DNA from: Minutocellus sp. GHC0000111 | Lineage: Eukaryota | DNA: 64,000 nt | Assembly (NCBI GenBank): GCA_977018835.1 | Contig: OZ361256.1 | Location: 6,324,001 to 6,388,000 of the forward strand | Direction of reading: 5' to 3' | In this document: piece after piece, positions 23,462-34,660 of the stretch | Layout of the letters: each line of letters opens with the position of its first letter | Position numbering within the stretch: the first letter of the stretch is position 1 | The notes under the pieces: model-generated | Database searches by the model: none | The model's input: only the letters and a program-made list of their open reading frames with translations | What the model was told of the DNA's origin: nothing | Program-made: the position numbers and the translations under genes

Positions 23462-23849
23462 CGTCTTGCTCTTCGTTCTACTACTGAGATGATGATGGGA
23501 GATGGGAGCGCAAGTTGCAGTCCGGTGCCGAAACTCAAAATCGGCACGTCAGAGACGTACAAAGAAAAGACGTTCTTATGGAAGAGTGCAAAACAAAGCT
23601 GGCCGCGCTTTTCTGCCGTCCGCCAATCACGGAATCGGCGATACTGAGGAGACGGACACCACTAAACCTATAACGTGCTTGTTTTGCTGCGTTAAGCCCA
23701 GTAGAAAGGCGGCGATAGTTATTCCTCTTGCGCATTCCGAGTGGCGCCGATCGCTTGTGCTGCCTTTTGTGCTAGAGTAGACTTACGCCTGAATGACGAC
23801 ACAGTCGGAGAGGGGTCGTCCACTCCACCAAATCCTCCACTTCGCCAAC

Positions 23850-24507
23850 ATGACCATCGAAGAGCTCCCAGGAACACCAATCCCCCCCTTCACCGAGCGC
23901 CAAGGCAATGCTTCGAGACGTCTCTGATGCCGCCAAGACGACAATGACTCTTTGGAAGAACAGGCTGTACGGAGGACAAGGAGAAAAGAATGCGGCCGCA
24001 TCATCATATTCGTCAGAAGAAGAGATGCAAGAGAGCGAGAGCAACAGGGAAGACCAAAAAGAAGAGACAACCACCACGGAAGGGAGAGAAGAATGCAATT
24101 ACGTTCAGTACAGAATCATCACTAGGCGCATGTCTGCTGTCATCGAAATTGGCGAAGATGGTGGTTACAAATCTACAGTAGCCGCCGATTGTCAACTCAT
24201 CCCCGGATCTCCACTTCCAGTCGTCAAGCAAGATGAGGTTATTATCATGAAGCACATCGCATCGGACACTTCAGATATGACCATTGAAACCTCACAAGAG
24301 ACGTGTGCGGAATCGGTTGCCTCAATTACCCAAGAACTCGTCTCCATAGAGTCTAATGGAGAAGATGACGCTGCCTCACAGGACAAACTCACCCAGGAGT
24401 CCGCCGAGGAAGCTGCAGAAAGTTCAGAAGAGCAAGGCAACGAGTATGTGCCCGCAGCGTATTCAATGTCACACAAAGACGACGACAAAAGATACGACCG
24501 GAAGTAG
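23850..24507 (+). CDS. Acidic hypothetical protein fragment fused upstream of the cystathionine gamma-lyase fragment
   Basis: ATG 23850 with 1-bp shift in the C7 run to ORF 23908-24507; E/S/D-rich. Confidence 0.45.
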
Positions 24508-24544
24508 TGATGACACCACTGCCAGCAGCAGCATCGCCACATCA

Positions 24545-25445
24545 AATCCGACCGGTGCCGTCGTTGAGCCTATATCCCTGGCAACAACCTTCGTCCAGCG
24601 CAGTCCCGGCGTCCCGATGGGACTCTCGGATCCCAACAGCTTTGGCCTTGGTTACGAGTACAGTAGAACTGGCAATCCAACTCGAGGGTGAGCGAGTTCT
24701 GGTCTACTTTTGTGTTGTCTCAATGATGCAATGATTGCATTCGAATTTGACTATTCTCATCACCAACAACTCAATTTCTTCCGTCATCATTAATTGAATG
24801 CCAGAGCTTTTGAGCGAGCAATGGCACAAGCAGAGGGCGCCAAGCATTGCGCGGCGTATGCTTCTGGAAGTGCCGCGACCGCAGCAGTACTTCACTTGCT
24901 CCGACCTACGGACAATGTGATTGTCATTGACGACGTCTACGGTGGAACCCAACGATACTTCCGCCGCATTGTATCGCCCTGCATGAACATTGTGAGTTGA
25001 TGCATGTGAAGTGTGATTCATGTAGGCAATAAAAATCTCACAACCAATTCCGTATATTTTGTCGATATCAAATCCAATCGATCCAAATTCTTTCCTTTTC
25101 TTTACATGTTTCAGACTTTTGATTTCGTCGACTTCTCTGATCTGGGACTGCTCGAGTCCAAGCTGATGGAGGGCAAAACAAAGCTGCTCTGGCTGGAGAC
25201 GCCAACCAATCCCACTTTAAAAGTGTCCGACATTGCCGCGTCCGCCAGCCTTGCTCATAAACATGAAGCCATGCTGGTTGTAGACAACACTTTTTGTAGT
25301 CCATATACTCAGAATCCACTTGAAATGGGCGCTGATGCCGTAGTCCATTCAGTTAGTGAGATTTGATTCGTTGATTGTGTGCGCATGTTGACCTTTCTCG
25401 TAAGAGTTCTAGTATTGATCATCATATCATCTATCAATGCGATGT
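24545..25445 (+). pseudogene. CTH: Cystathionine gamma-lyase fragment (exons 1-3), broken in intron 3
   Basis: Inverted duplicate of 12380-13280, joined to mariner B arm at 25446-25455. Confidence 0.9.
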
Positions 25446-25454
25446 GTGATGGCA

Positions 25455-26638
25455 GAATATGTCCTTGTGTCTGCCGACTTCAGTCCCAACATGAATCGGC
25501 CTGAGGGTAAGGGATTTGTTATGGTCAGTCGAGGTGTCGGTGGAGGTGCTCTTTGCGATGTCCAGCATGAGAAGCCTTTTGGTGGCATGATGCATAAGAA
25601 GAATGTGCCTCTCAAGGCCATCACCCCGATCCCACTCGGCCTCAATGCCGATTCAATTGCCAAGGACAGGCGCAAACGGACGGCAATTTACCGAATGGAA
25701 AGAAGCGAGTTCTCCTCGTGCACTACGATGAGAAATGGTTCTGGGGTCTCGTCCTCCGAGCTTTTGCGAAGGCTTGCGAGGAAATCGGCGTGAAAAAGCG
25801 AGATTACGCGGCCTTTCACAGGAGCCACATCAACAAGGTCATGGCCATTGCATTTGTTGCCGCTGTCTTTGACGGTTCTCTTGAGAGTGGGTGCGAGGTT
25901 GTAAAACTGCCACTGGTACGAGCTCAAGCTCCTAAAATAGCGGAGCGAGCTCAGTACGAAGCAGTATCACAGCCTTATGGTTCAATACGGTACCCAAATA
26001 CCAACCCCGATGGGACACCAAAGGAACCTCTTCGCCGGAAAGGAGAGTCGTTTCTTGTTGATTGTTGCGTTACTGGATCGAACGAAGGCACCAAAAAGGA
26101 TCCGAAATGCTCTTTGCTCCTCGTATTCAAGGAGACTATTTTCCCAGCGATTCTCAACCTTGTCGGTCCGGGCAAGCAATACGAAGATTGCCATGTTATT
26201 ATCCAGGGCGACCAGGCCGGGCCTCACGAGGACGGAACCTTCACGCAATTTGTTACTAACTTCTGTGCTGAGCAAGGCTGGACGTGGCAGCCACAGGCAC
26301 CGCAGATGCCTCACGCCAACGTCCTTGACTTGAGCGTGTTCCCCGCGATGAGCCGGCGGCACTCGGAATGGGCACGAAAAATGGTAGGCACCTCCGTCAT
26401 TTCCACCGACCAGATCTGGGACACTGCCGAGGACGTTTACGATAGCATGCCTAACTGCAAAATTGCTTCGGCCTTCATTCAGTACTGGAGGATAATGGGC
26501 CTGGTGATTAAGGCCGGTGGTAGCAATGAGTTTGTTGGAAGGTTGGGTGACGAAAACTTGCACACTGGAATTAGGATCGACTTCAACGAAACGGCCAAGG
26601 GGATGGAGCCCTCAGCTCGTCATCCTTCTAATAAATAG
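25455..26638 (+). pseudogene. Mariner B transposase, copy 2 (5'-truncated, same internal deletion)
   Basis: Catalytic ORF 25718-26638 identical in translation to 21094-22014. Confidence 0.9.
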
Positions 26639-26733
26639 ATAGTATTAATGTCTTTACACATGTATTAAATAAATGTTACACGTCTACAAATTATTTATAG
26701 ATCTACATGTAAGATGCAGCAGCATTGGTTTGT

Positions 26734-27872
26734 TTATGTCACGGTGGGCTTCTTTGTTCTTCTATTTCTACCGGTATTCTTTTTTGCCTCCTTGGCCTTC
26801 TTATGATCATTAGAAAGCCACACAGCGTGGAGGGACTGACGAATCTTTCCGCGCTTCACACCATATGCATCGGCGAGTTTATTGTCAGTGAGGGCAGGGT
26901 GAGCAGTTGGTTGTTTACTCCCATCCTCATATCCCAACTTATATGCATCTAATGCAATCTTGTCAGTAGATAATGCAATAGAGAATTCTATTGTCTTGTT
27001 ATCATACAATCCGAGTTCTCTGCTTCTCCACCCTTTCGGGTAGGCACCACGACCCTCTCTTACTTGGCGATCGACTTCGATCATGCCTAGCACTGTGGTG
27101 ACCGCGACCTCGCTACCCCAACCAGGAACTTGTTTGAAGGGGAGGTAGACCCCTTTCTCTTTTCTTCTTGGTTCGGGCCTCTGACTACATGTGGGTGACT
27201 TGTAGTTCTTTATATCTTGTGGTAGTGGTGCTTCTCCGTACGTCAAAAAGCACGCAAGCCTCCGATGTTCCTCAACCTCTCGTTCAATCTGTCGTTCGGT
27301 TGGTTCGGTTGGAGGCAAGGGCTCCAAGATGGTAGGGGATGACAATTGAAGGTTGCTGAACGACGGGCATGAGCGGCTTGGGGTAAGAGCATACTGAGTA
27401 TGAACTGACATTGGACTTGTTACCATGGGCGTGGCGGAGGGAAGGTCGAATGAGCTCACGGGCTTTCTCCTCTCGCCGCTTGGCTTTGCGTCGGCGGTTG
27501 CTATGCTCATCTCTGAGAATGAATCATCTTCATCAGAATGAGATGAAACGGTAGCGGTACCGCGAAAGTCGGCACGCAATATGTCATGATGCAAGTACTT
27601 CCTTGCTTGGGCTTGTTCGGCGGCGAAGCCATCCTCTTCGTTGTACTCGCGTCGATATTTCAACACACGAGGAGATGTGAGGTCTGACGATGCCGGTGGG
27701 ACCCCTTGGTTGTCCTCCTCGTCATCGTTGTCCTTGTTCTCTCGATACCGAGGATGTTCCGGCGTTTCGTTGGAAGTTTCCTTCTCTCATGGCGCGAGGG
27801 GCTGAATGCAGTCGCCTCGGCGCGTTTCGGTGGACGCGGTGGACTGAAGATGTGTCCCTTTGGAGTATCCAT
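26734..27872 (-). CDS. Mariner B accessory ORF, copy 2
   Basis: Translation identical to 20066-20998; same frameshift. Confidence 0.6.
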
Positions 27873-28176
27873 GAGTATGGAAGCTTCTTGAAGCGCCAGT
27901 CGGCAGAAGTTGCCCAGTCTATTTGTGGTAATTGCTTGGAGGTCGGTTGTTGACGGATGTGTTTTGATTTGCTTGCTTTGCCGCGTGTTTTTCAAGGTGC
28001 GCGCAAACCGCCGTGTCGGAAAGTCCAAAGACCCAAAAAACCGGGTCCCCGAAATTGCTGTCCCGGACCTCGTACGCCTACTAGTACGCCTGCTGATGGC
28101 TTGCCCCGACCCACCGCCCACCGTCCATCGCGTACTGCGTCAACTACAAACAAGCGGGCCATTATTTGCTGTTACT

Positions 28177-29001
28177 ATGCGACCGCTGGAGTGTGGCATA
28201 GTCGACCAATCAGAGGATGATGGGTTCGAGAATTACGATTCGTCCCAGCGACAACCGTCGTCATCAGCGGGACATCGACAAAGATTTCCATCGGTGCGCG
28301 CTTGGATTCTCTTTGGTGCTGTTGTGGCCATTGGTGGTGTTGCAATCAGGAAAATGAAATCACAGGAGCTTGTCAATGATAAAGCGGAAGATGATGATTT
28401 GCAATCGCCTGGTAATTCGTTGGCTTCTTCGGGTGAAGGAAATGAAATCGCCGGCAACGGCAGTGCTCAGGACGAGGTCGTAGACGAGGACGAAGACGAG
28501 AACGACACGGATGCACCAACACCAGTGCCAGTGGCTTTACAGGACATCACAGCCACAGAAACTACCACATCAGGGCAAACTTGTGACAAACTATTTGATT
28601 GCATATCGGATCGTTTGGGCCAAAATGAGTCCATGTTTGCCGGGCAAGCTATTTGTAGCCGAGATGGTAGGTATGCGTTCGCAATGCAAATGGACAATAG
28701 TGTTTCATTGGTATGGAAAGATTGTACCACTGGGGAGACCAAAAAGTACTACAGGAAGGGAGAGGCGGATGATTTTTTTATAATGGATGAGCATGCAAAG
28801 TTTGCGGTTCATGGCGGTGAAGGGCAAATAAAATGGGAGAAAGATTGTCTGGTGTCCGTCAAGAGATATTCTCAATGTCTCTCAAAACCAATGTATGATT
28901 GTCCATATCTGCACCTTCACCGAGGCGGAGTTGTAGTGCTCAACTACATTGATGGATGGGATTGGATAAGTAGGAACATAAAGAAGATGTATGATTTTTG
29001 A
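28177..29001 (+). CDS. Single-pass membrane protein with possible bulb-type lectin-like domain
   Basis: TM segment AWILFGAVVAIGGVAI; AGQAICSRDGRYAFAMQMDNSVSLVW resembles B-lectin repeats. Confidence 0.6.
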   Translation: MRPLECGIVDQSEDDGFENYDSSQRQPSSSAGHRQRFPSVRAWILFGAVVAIGGVAIRKMKSQELVNDKAEDDDLQSPGNSLASSGEGNEIAGNGSAQDEVVDEDEDENDTDAPTPVPVALQDITATETTTSGQTCDKLFDCISDRLGQNESMFAGQAICSRDGRYAFAMQMDNSVSLVWKDCTTGETKKYYRKGEADDFFIMDEHAKFAVHGGEGQIKWEKDCLVSVKRYSQCLSKPMYDCPYLHLHRGGVVVLNYIDGWDWISRNIKKMYDF

Positions 29002-30348
29002 TTCTCTCTGCTTGCAATGAATGCAGGCAAAAGAATACAGTCCGGACTGTATTCTCCAGCGGCGATGGCCCGTCGTGAAACGACGGTGGCTCCTAAGCCA
29101 GATTTCAACTGCACTAAATCTAGCTACATGTAGTTCGCAGTTGGGCTCCGGCTCTGATCGGTGTAATTCACAGTCGGACGTGTCTTCTTCTGTATGGTAT
29201 GTAATACATGTACATGTAACTGCATGCATAACGTCCCACATCGAAGGACCAGGAAGAAGCGCTGGTTTCCGCCCAGTCATTTCTTTTTGACAACCTTTCA
29301 TTTCTTTTTGACAAACATGCGATTTTGCCACATCAGAGTACGGGCAAACAAGTGCGAGCGAGGTCATCGTCAAGCAACCGCCGCCTTTCCGCTTTTGCCC
29401 CATCGCCATTTCTCCTCCACCACGTGCTCAACCATGTCCTCTTCTACTGAACCAACCCCCATGACGAAGGTCCTGATCTTTGGCGGCAAGACAGGATGGA
29501 TCGGCGGTTTGATGGCCGATCTCGTTAACAAGCAAGAGGGTAAGTCCGAAGTGGCGCATCGCCGATGCTGAATGCGATAGATCGCTCGGGCATTGGTGCG
29601 CATGTATTGTGGAGGATTTTGTTTGTCCAGCGTTTGTTTCCCTGTACCCCGTAACTAGATTGATCATTTGACTTCAAGAATATCGCCTGGTCGAGTCGCC
29701 TGCAAAATGTTGTGCTCGGTCTCGCATGCTCCTTCTCTCTTGCTCATGCTCACATTTGGTCCGATGCAATTCACATACATGTATCCACAATAGGAATGGA
29801 ATGTTTCCTTGCGGAATCGAGGATTGAAAACAGGGCTGACGTAGAGGCTGAGCTCGAAAAGATCAAGCCAAGCCACGTCCTCATGTCGGCGGGCATTACT
29901 GGCCGCCCCAACATTGATTGGTGCGAGGATCACAAGCCAGAGACGATGTCATTGGCACTCTCAATGTCATTGGCACTCTCAACGTAGCGGACCTTTGTAG
30001 TATGAAGGGCATCCACTGCACCATCTACGCCACCGGCTGCATCTTTGAGTACGATGAGAAGCACCCCATGGGCTCCGGAATCGGCTTCACGGAGGAGGAT
30101 TTCCCAAACTTTGCCAAGTCGTTCTACAGCGAAACCAAGGGTTACATGGAGCAGATGCTCAAGTGCTATCCCAACTGCCTCACTCTGCGTGTTCGGATGC
30201 CCATCTCGGATGATCTCATCCACCGCAACTTTGTGACGAAGATCGTCAAGTACGAGCGGGTTGTGAACATTCCCAACTCCATGACTGTGTTGACGGAGAT
30301 GCTCCCCACATCACTCGCCATGGCACAGAAGGGCCTCACCGGTGTGTG

Positions 30349-33300
30349 CCTTTCGGTTTCAGAGGATTTGTAGAGGGTATACCAATAACCCCTAAAAAAG
30401 GTCATTCTTGCACCCATTTCTCATTTCCCACCACGTGTTTTGTTAGTCGACATTCTCTTCGGGAGGAACGCAAATACTCCTCAACTCGTGGATATCTACT
30501 GGACCTGCTCATTCAGTAGGTTGCCACCGACCAGTAGCATCCACTGAATTCGCAGGTCCAGTAGATTCTGGCAGGAACACACATGTTTTTTAGTCCCCCG
30601 CACACCCTCTCACCGCAACCCGCAAATTTTGTGACGATGACGACGACCAACCAGACCACGCCCAAAAAATACAAACGCAGCAGAACTTCGTTCTCAGGGA
30701 GCAAGAGAGGCAACACCAAGGCATCCAGGAAGGTGGCAAAGGCGGCAGCTGAGCCGAAAACACCATCGCCGAGCGCAAACACGTCGAAGAAGCGGCCACG
30801 GTGGTCAAATTCGCGCCCGCCAAACCGTCACCGTCGTCGGCGAAGAAGAGGACGGCCCCTCCTCCTATCCCCATGGCCTTTCTCCTTGCAGCAGATGTCA
30901 TTCGAAGGGCTGGTAAGGATCTGTGGTGGAGAGTAACCCCCGATTCCTGCGGCAAAGATGACATTTGTGTTGGTTCTCGGCAGAAATGGGAAGAAGAAGA
31001 CGTCCTCCCTGCTTTCATCGAGGCCGACTTGTTGCGTTCCAAGTCCGTCGGTGGAGGAAAGTATGAGCTACAGTGCAACGAGGAAAAATGGAAGGACATG
31101 CAGCAACATCTCAAGGAGCATTGTGGTTTGAAGTTGCACTTGTCGACGTGTCGGCCGAGAGGGAAGACAAGACGCAGGGAGCTTTGTGTTTGTGCTCACA
31201 GGTTGCGTAAAAAGAAGGAGGACAACCACCCGAAATTCTCTGGACCGGAGGGACAGAAGGTGCACGAGAAAAGAAATCCCGATGAAGTTCTGTTCTCTGG
31301 GCGCTCGACTGTCTTAGCTGCTAAGCTAGGTGAGAGGTTGTCAGCTCACAGAAAGGAGGCACAGTCAGCGCATTGCGAAGCAAGAGTGAAGTCACTAGTC
31401 GACGAGGCCAAGAAACTGGGTTGGATGCCAGCAAGTCTCCTCAGCATGCTGAAGGGAACTGGTGATACTTCCGCCACTGAAGCAGCTGCAGCCTCCCCCA
31501 ATGATGAAGGTTTAGGAGGAGCCGATGCTTCCGTTGTCTGTGCCACCTCCAGTGACATTGATGAACAGGTAAAGGTCGCTCTCGGCCTCGACTTTGTTGT
31601 TCGGATGGCCGGCCAACGATGACATGCTCCGTCCTCCTCGTCCCAATGCAACCGTCACCGAACCAACACCAATCAGAAAAGAAAAGCAGGCGAATGAAAG
31701 AATGCGGTTCAGCGCCGTGGCTCTCGCGGATTGGTGGGGGGATGCGGCGACCCAACTCGCACGTGTGAAGACAGGCAACAAATTGCAACTGCCGCGTGTC
31801 GGCAAGTTGCGTGCGATCACGGCCATGCCAAGTCAACCGGTGGTCCTCAGCTTTACAAGTTGAGAGACCAGCTCTACAAAAGCCTTGCTGATGGCATCAT
31901 TAATCCCATCGGCAGAAAGGAGGTTCGTGGAAGGAAGGCACACACGGACATGATCGAGGAGAAGGAGCCAGGATGTCTCCGCGAGCTGCATCGGCATGCC
32001 ACTCGGATGAAGGGTGCGATGGCAACCTTTAAGGAGCTAGCTGACTGTATGAGCGCAAAATCAGCTACTCCAGATGAAGATAGGCTGACAATTAGTCTCC
32101 ATCGTCTTCAGCTTTTTCGCTGGTGGAAAAAGCAAGGCGGCAAGGAGAAGTCGTCGATCGAGAAGCCGAGGCTCACCCCCGAACATTGCAGGAAGCGACT
32201 TGATTGGATCGAAAAGTGGGAGGACATTGCGACCGATCCCAACATTCCTGTAGCGCATCTTGATGAAAAGTGGTTTTACACTGCTACTCGGCGACGAAAG
32301 ATCAAGATGTTGCCACTTTCTGACGAAGAACTAAGCAGTCCGAACCTCGCGTCCATCCATGCTTCCGAGGCAAGCCCGAAAATTCGATCCAGAAGACACC
32401 CTGTCAAAGTTATGTGTCTTGGAGTTGTTGGCCGACCAATGAAGGATGAAACCAAAGACGTTGATTTCAATGGGCGCATCATGATCAAGAGAGTCGCCAG
32501 GGAGCAGAAGGTGGAAAAGCTTACGCGCAATCAGATTTCTCTCCAGATGCTAAGGTCAACGATGCGCTAAAAAATGACAAAGATTGGCGCGACATTTACG
32601 ACGAGAATGCTGACATGACCGCCGGCCATCTTTGCGACCACATTGCCGAAATCTACGGCCTTTCTGAGTTTGTTGCAGAGCGATTGGAACTTCAATACGA
32701 GGACTATAAATCCGACGGTCAGGCAAAAAGTCGCAAGCATGCCGCTGTTGGCTACAATCAAAAGATCTCGAGTCTCAAGCGACACACTCCTGATAGCAAT
32801 GGAGAGAAGGTGAAGGTTGAGATCGACGACCTTGAGCTCGGGGTGCGGTATCAACGGGGCGATAAGGTTACCAAGGACTGTAGCTGCGACTCCAAATGGA
32901 TGTTGGAGACTATGAATGAGGTCGGGAAGGCGATTCGAGACGCACATCATTGGGTGAAGTGGGATCCACAAAATGTTCAGGAGTCTGATGTTGTGTATCT
33001 CATGATGGACAATGCCGGCGGTCATGGGTCCAATGAAGCAGTTGAGAAGTACACCGAGGACCTCAAAAACAAACATAAGATTGAGATAATCCAGCAGGTT
33101 CCTCGGTCGCCCGAGACAAATGATCTCGGCATCTGGATGTCTTTGCAGTCGGCCGTCGAAAAGGAGCATCGCGGTCAGAAGAATGATGCGAATGCTCTTG
33201 ACAAGACTGTGATGAAAGTATGGGCCAATGTCGCATCAAAAGAGGCCTTTCTCAATGTATTTGGAAAACTTCCAGTGATATATAACAACATCAAGAGAAG

Positions 33301-33789
33301 TCGTGGCGGTAACAATCTTGTGGAGACCAGACGGGGAAAGGCTGGTCTCGCAAAAATTGCCGAGGAAGAAGCTGAAGAGGATGGTGAACCACTCTGGCCA
33401 ATTGATGCTCCCGGCGAAGATGTTGACATTGAGGACGACATAGATGAAGACGATGGAGTCATTGATTTGCTATAACTTATCATAGCATGTCCATTTCTAT
33501 TCATTACATTTTGATTTGGTGCTTCCAAAAATGTATTTTTTCCCGGGGTGAGGAATGCAAATGTCGAAAAAAATCATCACATAATGTACATTTATTGGTT
33601 CTGGTGCACAACATCTCTCGACTACATGTAGAAATTGGTGACCATAACTTGGTTCTTGCCCCGACTTCCATCTTGGCCGTCATTTATTCCTCGGAGTTAG
33701 AAAAAGTGAGCTTGGATTTTTGGTCTGGTGTGGTCGTGTTTCTAATACGTCATCATCACGTCACTTTCAAATCCTCTGAACTCGAAAGG
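30349..33789 (+). mobile_element. Mariner family C, full length (3.4 kb), both TIRs present
   Basis: 22-bp TIR CCTTTCG(GT/AG)TTCAGAGGATTTG; inserted in the TAC codon of GVYNF; flanks read TG and CA instead of TA. Confidence 0.92.
30637..33475 (+). pseudogene. Large mariner C transposase with several frameshifts
   Basis: AHLDEKWFY, KVMCLGVVGRP, MMDNAGGHG, QVPRSPETNDLGIWMSLQ; spread over five overlapping frames. Confidence 0.88.
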
Positions 33790-34660
33790 CACAACTTCAC
33801 CAACCCCGGGCGTTATCTCTCACAATGAGGTTTTGGACCTGTACAAGAAGTGCATCGACCCGACCTACACTTACACCAACTTCACGGTCGAGGAGCAAGC
33901 CAAGGCAATCAAGGCGGGCCGTTCCAACAATGAGCTGGACACCACCAAGCTCATGCGCGATGTGCCCGAGGGTGTTGTGATCAATGACATCAAGACCGCT
34001 TGCGATCTTTGCTTCCAGCGAATGAAGGAAAACCTGACGAAGCAGCACTACGGCGAGCTTCCCGATTCTCTCCCTGCTGCCGAGTTCAGGCGTTCTTAAG
34101 TGGCACATGCGCATGAAAGCTCGGCGGCGAAGGTTGGCACAGGAATGTACATCTCTTGGCCATAAACTTGACTTCATCGTCGACGCATCGGGTAGACCAT
34201 TGGTAGCAGATGCCGCCGGTGCCGGCACATGCATGCACCGTGCTCATCATCATCAGGCAGGATGAGACACATGTAGAGAAATGTCGTGAGGGAACGGATT
34301 GAGGTAGAAAGCAATAAGATGAACAATTTTGATTCCCTTTGGCGCAATTTAGTTGAGTGGTAGATTTCTAGCTAGATCTACGTTTCTTGATACGTTACAT
34401 GTAGTCTACCGGTAGCTAGCTTGATTTCTGCATTTTTCGAGAGTTTCGCTGGAGTTTCGAGGCTTTCGCTCGAGGGCGCGGGGCGGCGGACAGACATACT
34501 AGTAATTTCTAAATTACGCGAAGCGAAGATGAGAAAGCGCGCCTGCCGCAAACGGCGCACCTCCCCCAACCCAACGGCTCATCGACCGATACCGAACGCC
34601 GGCGAATGTATGTGAAAGCAGTCCGAGTTCTACGCAATTTCTACATAACAGAAGGGCACG

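Larger units (their letters stand above)
19660..28072. mobile_element. Composite structure: two inverted mariner B arms with outward-facing TIRs enclosing host gene fragments
   Basis: TA|CGAGGTCCGAGACAGCAATTTCGGGG at 19660 and its reverse complement ending 28072|TA; arms 19660-22277 and 25455-28072 nearly identical (coordinates sum to 47732). Confidence 0.75.
29434..34099 (+). pseudogene. UER1: NDP-4-keto-6-deoxyglucose 3,5-epimerase/4-reductase (NRS/ER, rhamnose synthesis), disrupted by mariner C and a frameshift
   Basis: VLIFGGKTGWIGG, AGITGRPNIDWCEDHK, YATGCIFEYD, LRVRMPI, GV(Y)NFTNPG split at 30348/33790, RSNNELDTTKL; intron 29540-29792; 18-bp duplication at ~29946-29981. Confidence 0.9.

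Noticed and set aside
22322..23647. 441-aa plus-strand ORF
   Set aside because: Spans transposon, junction and antisense exon; no coherent composition.
30347..33791. TSD-less insertion or TG...CA (LTR/Mu-like) termini for element C
   Set aside because: Not excluded, but matching TA->TG/CA changes in the neighbouring exon and transposase favour mutated TA duplications; no LTRs or integrase seen.
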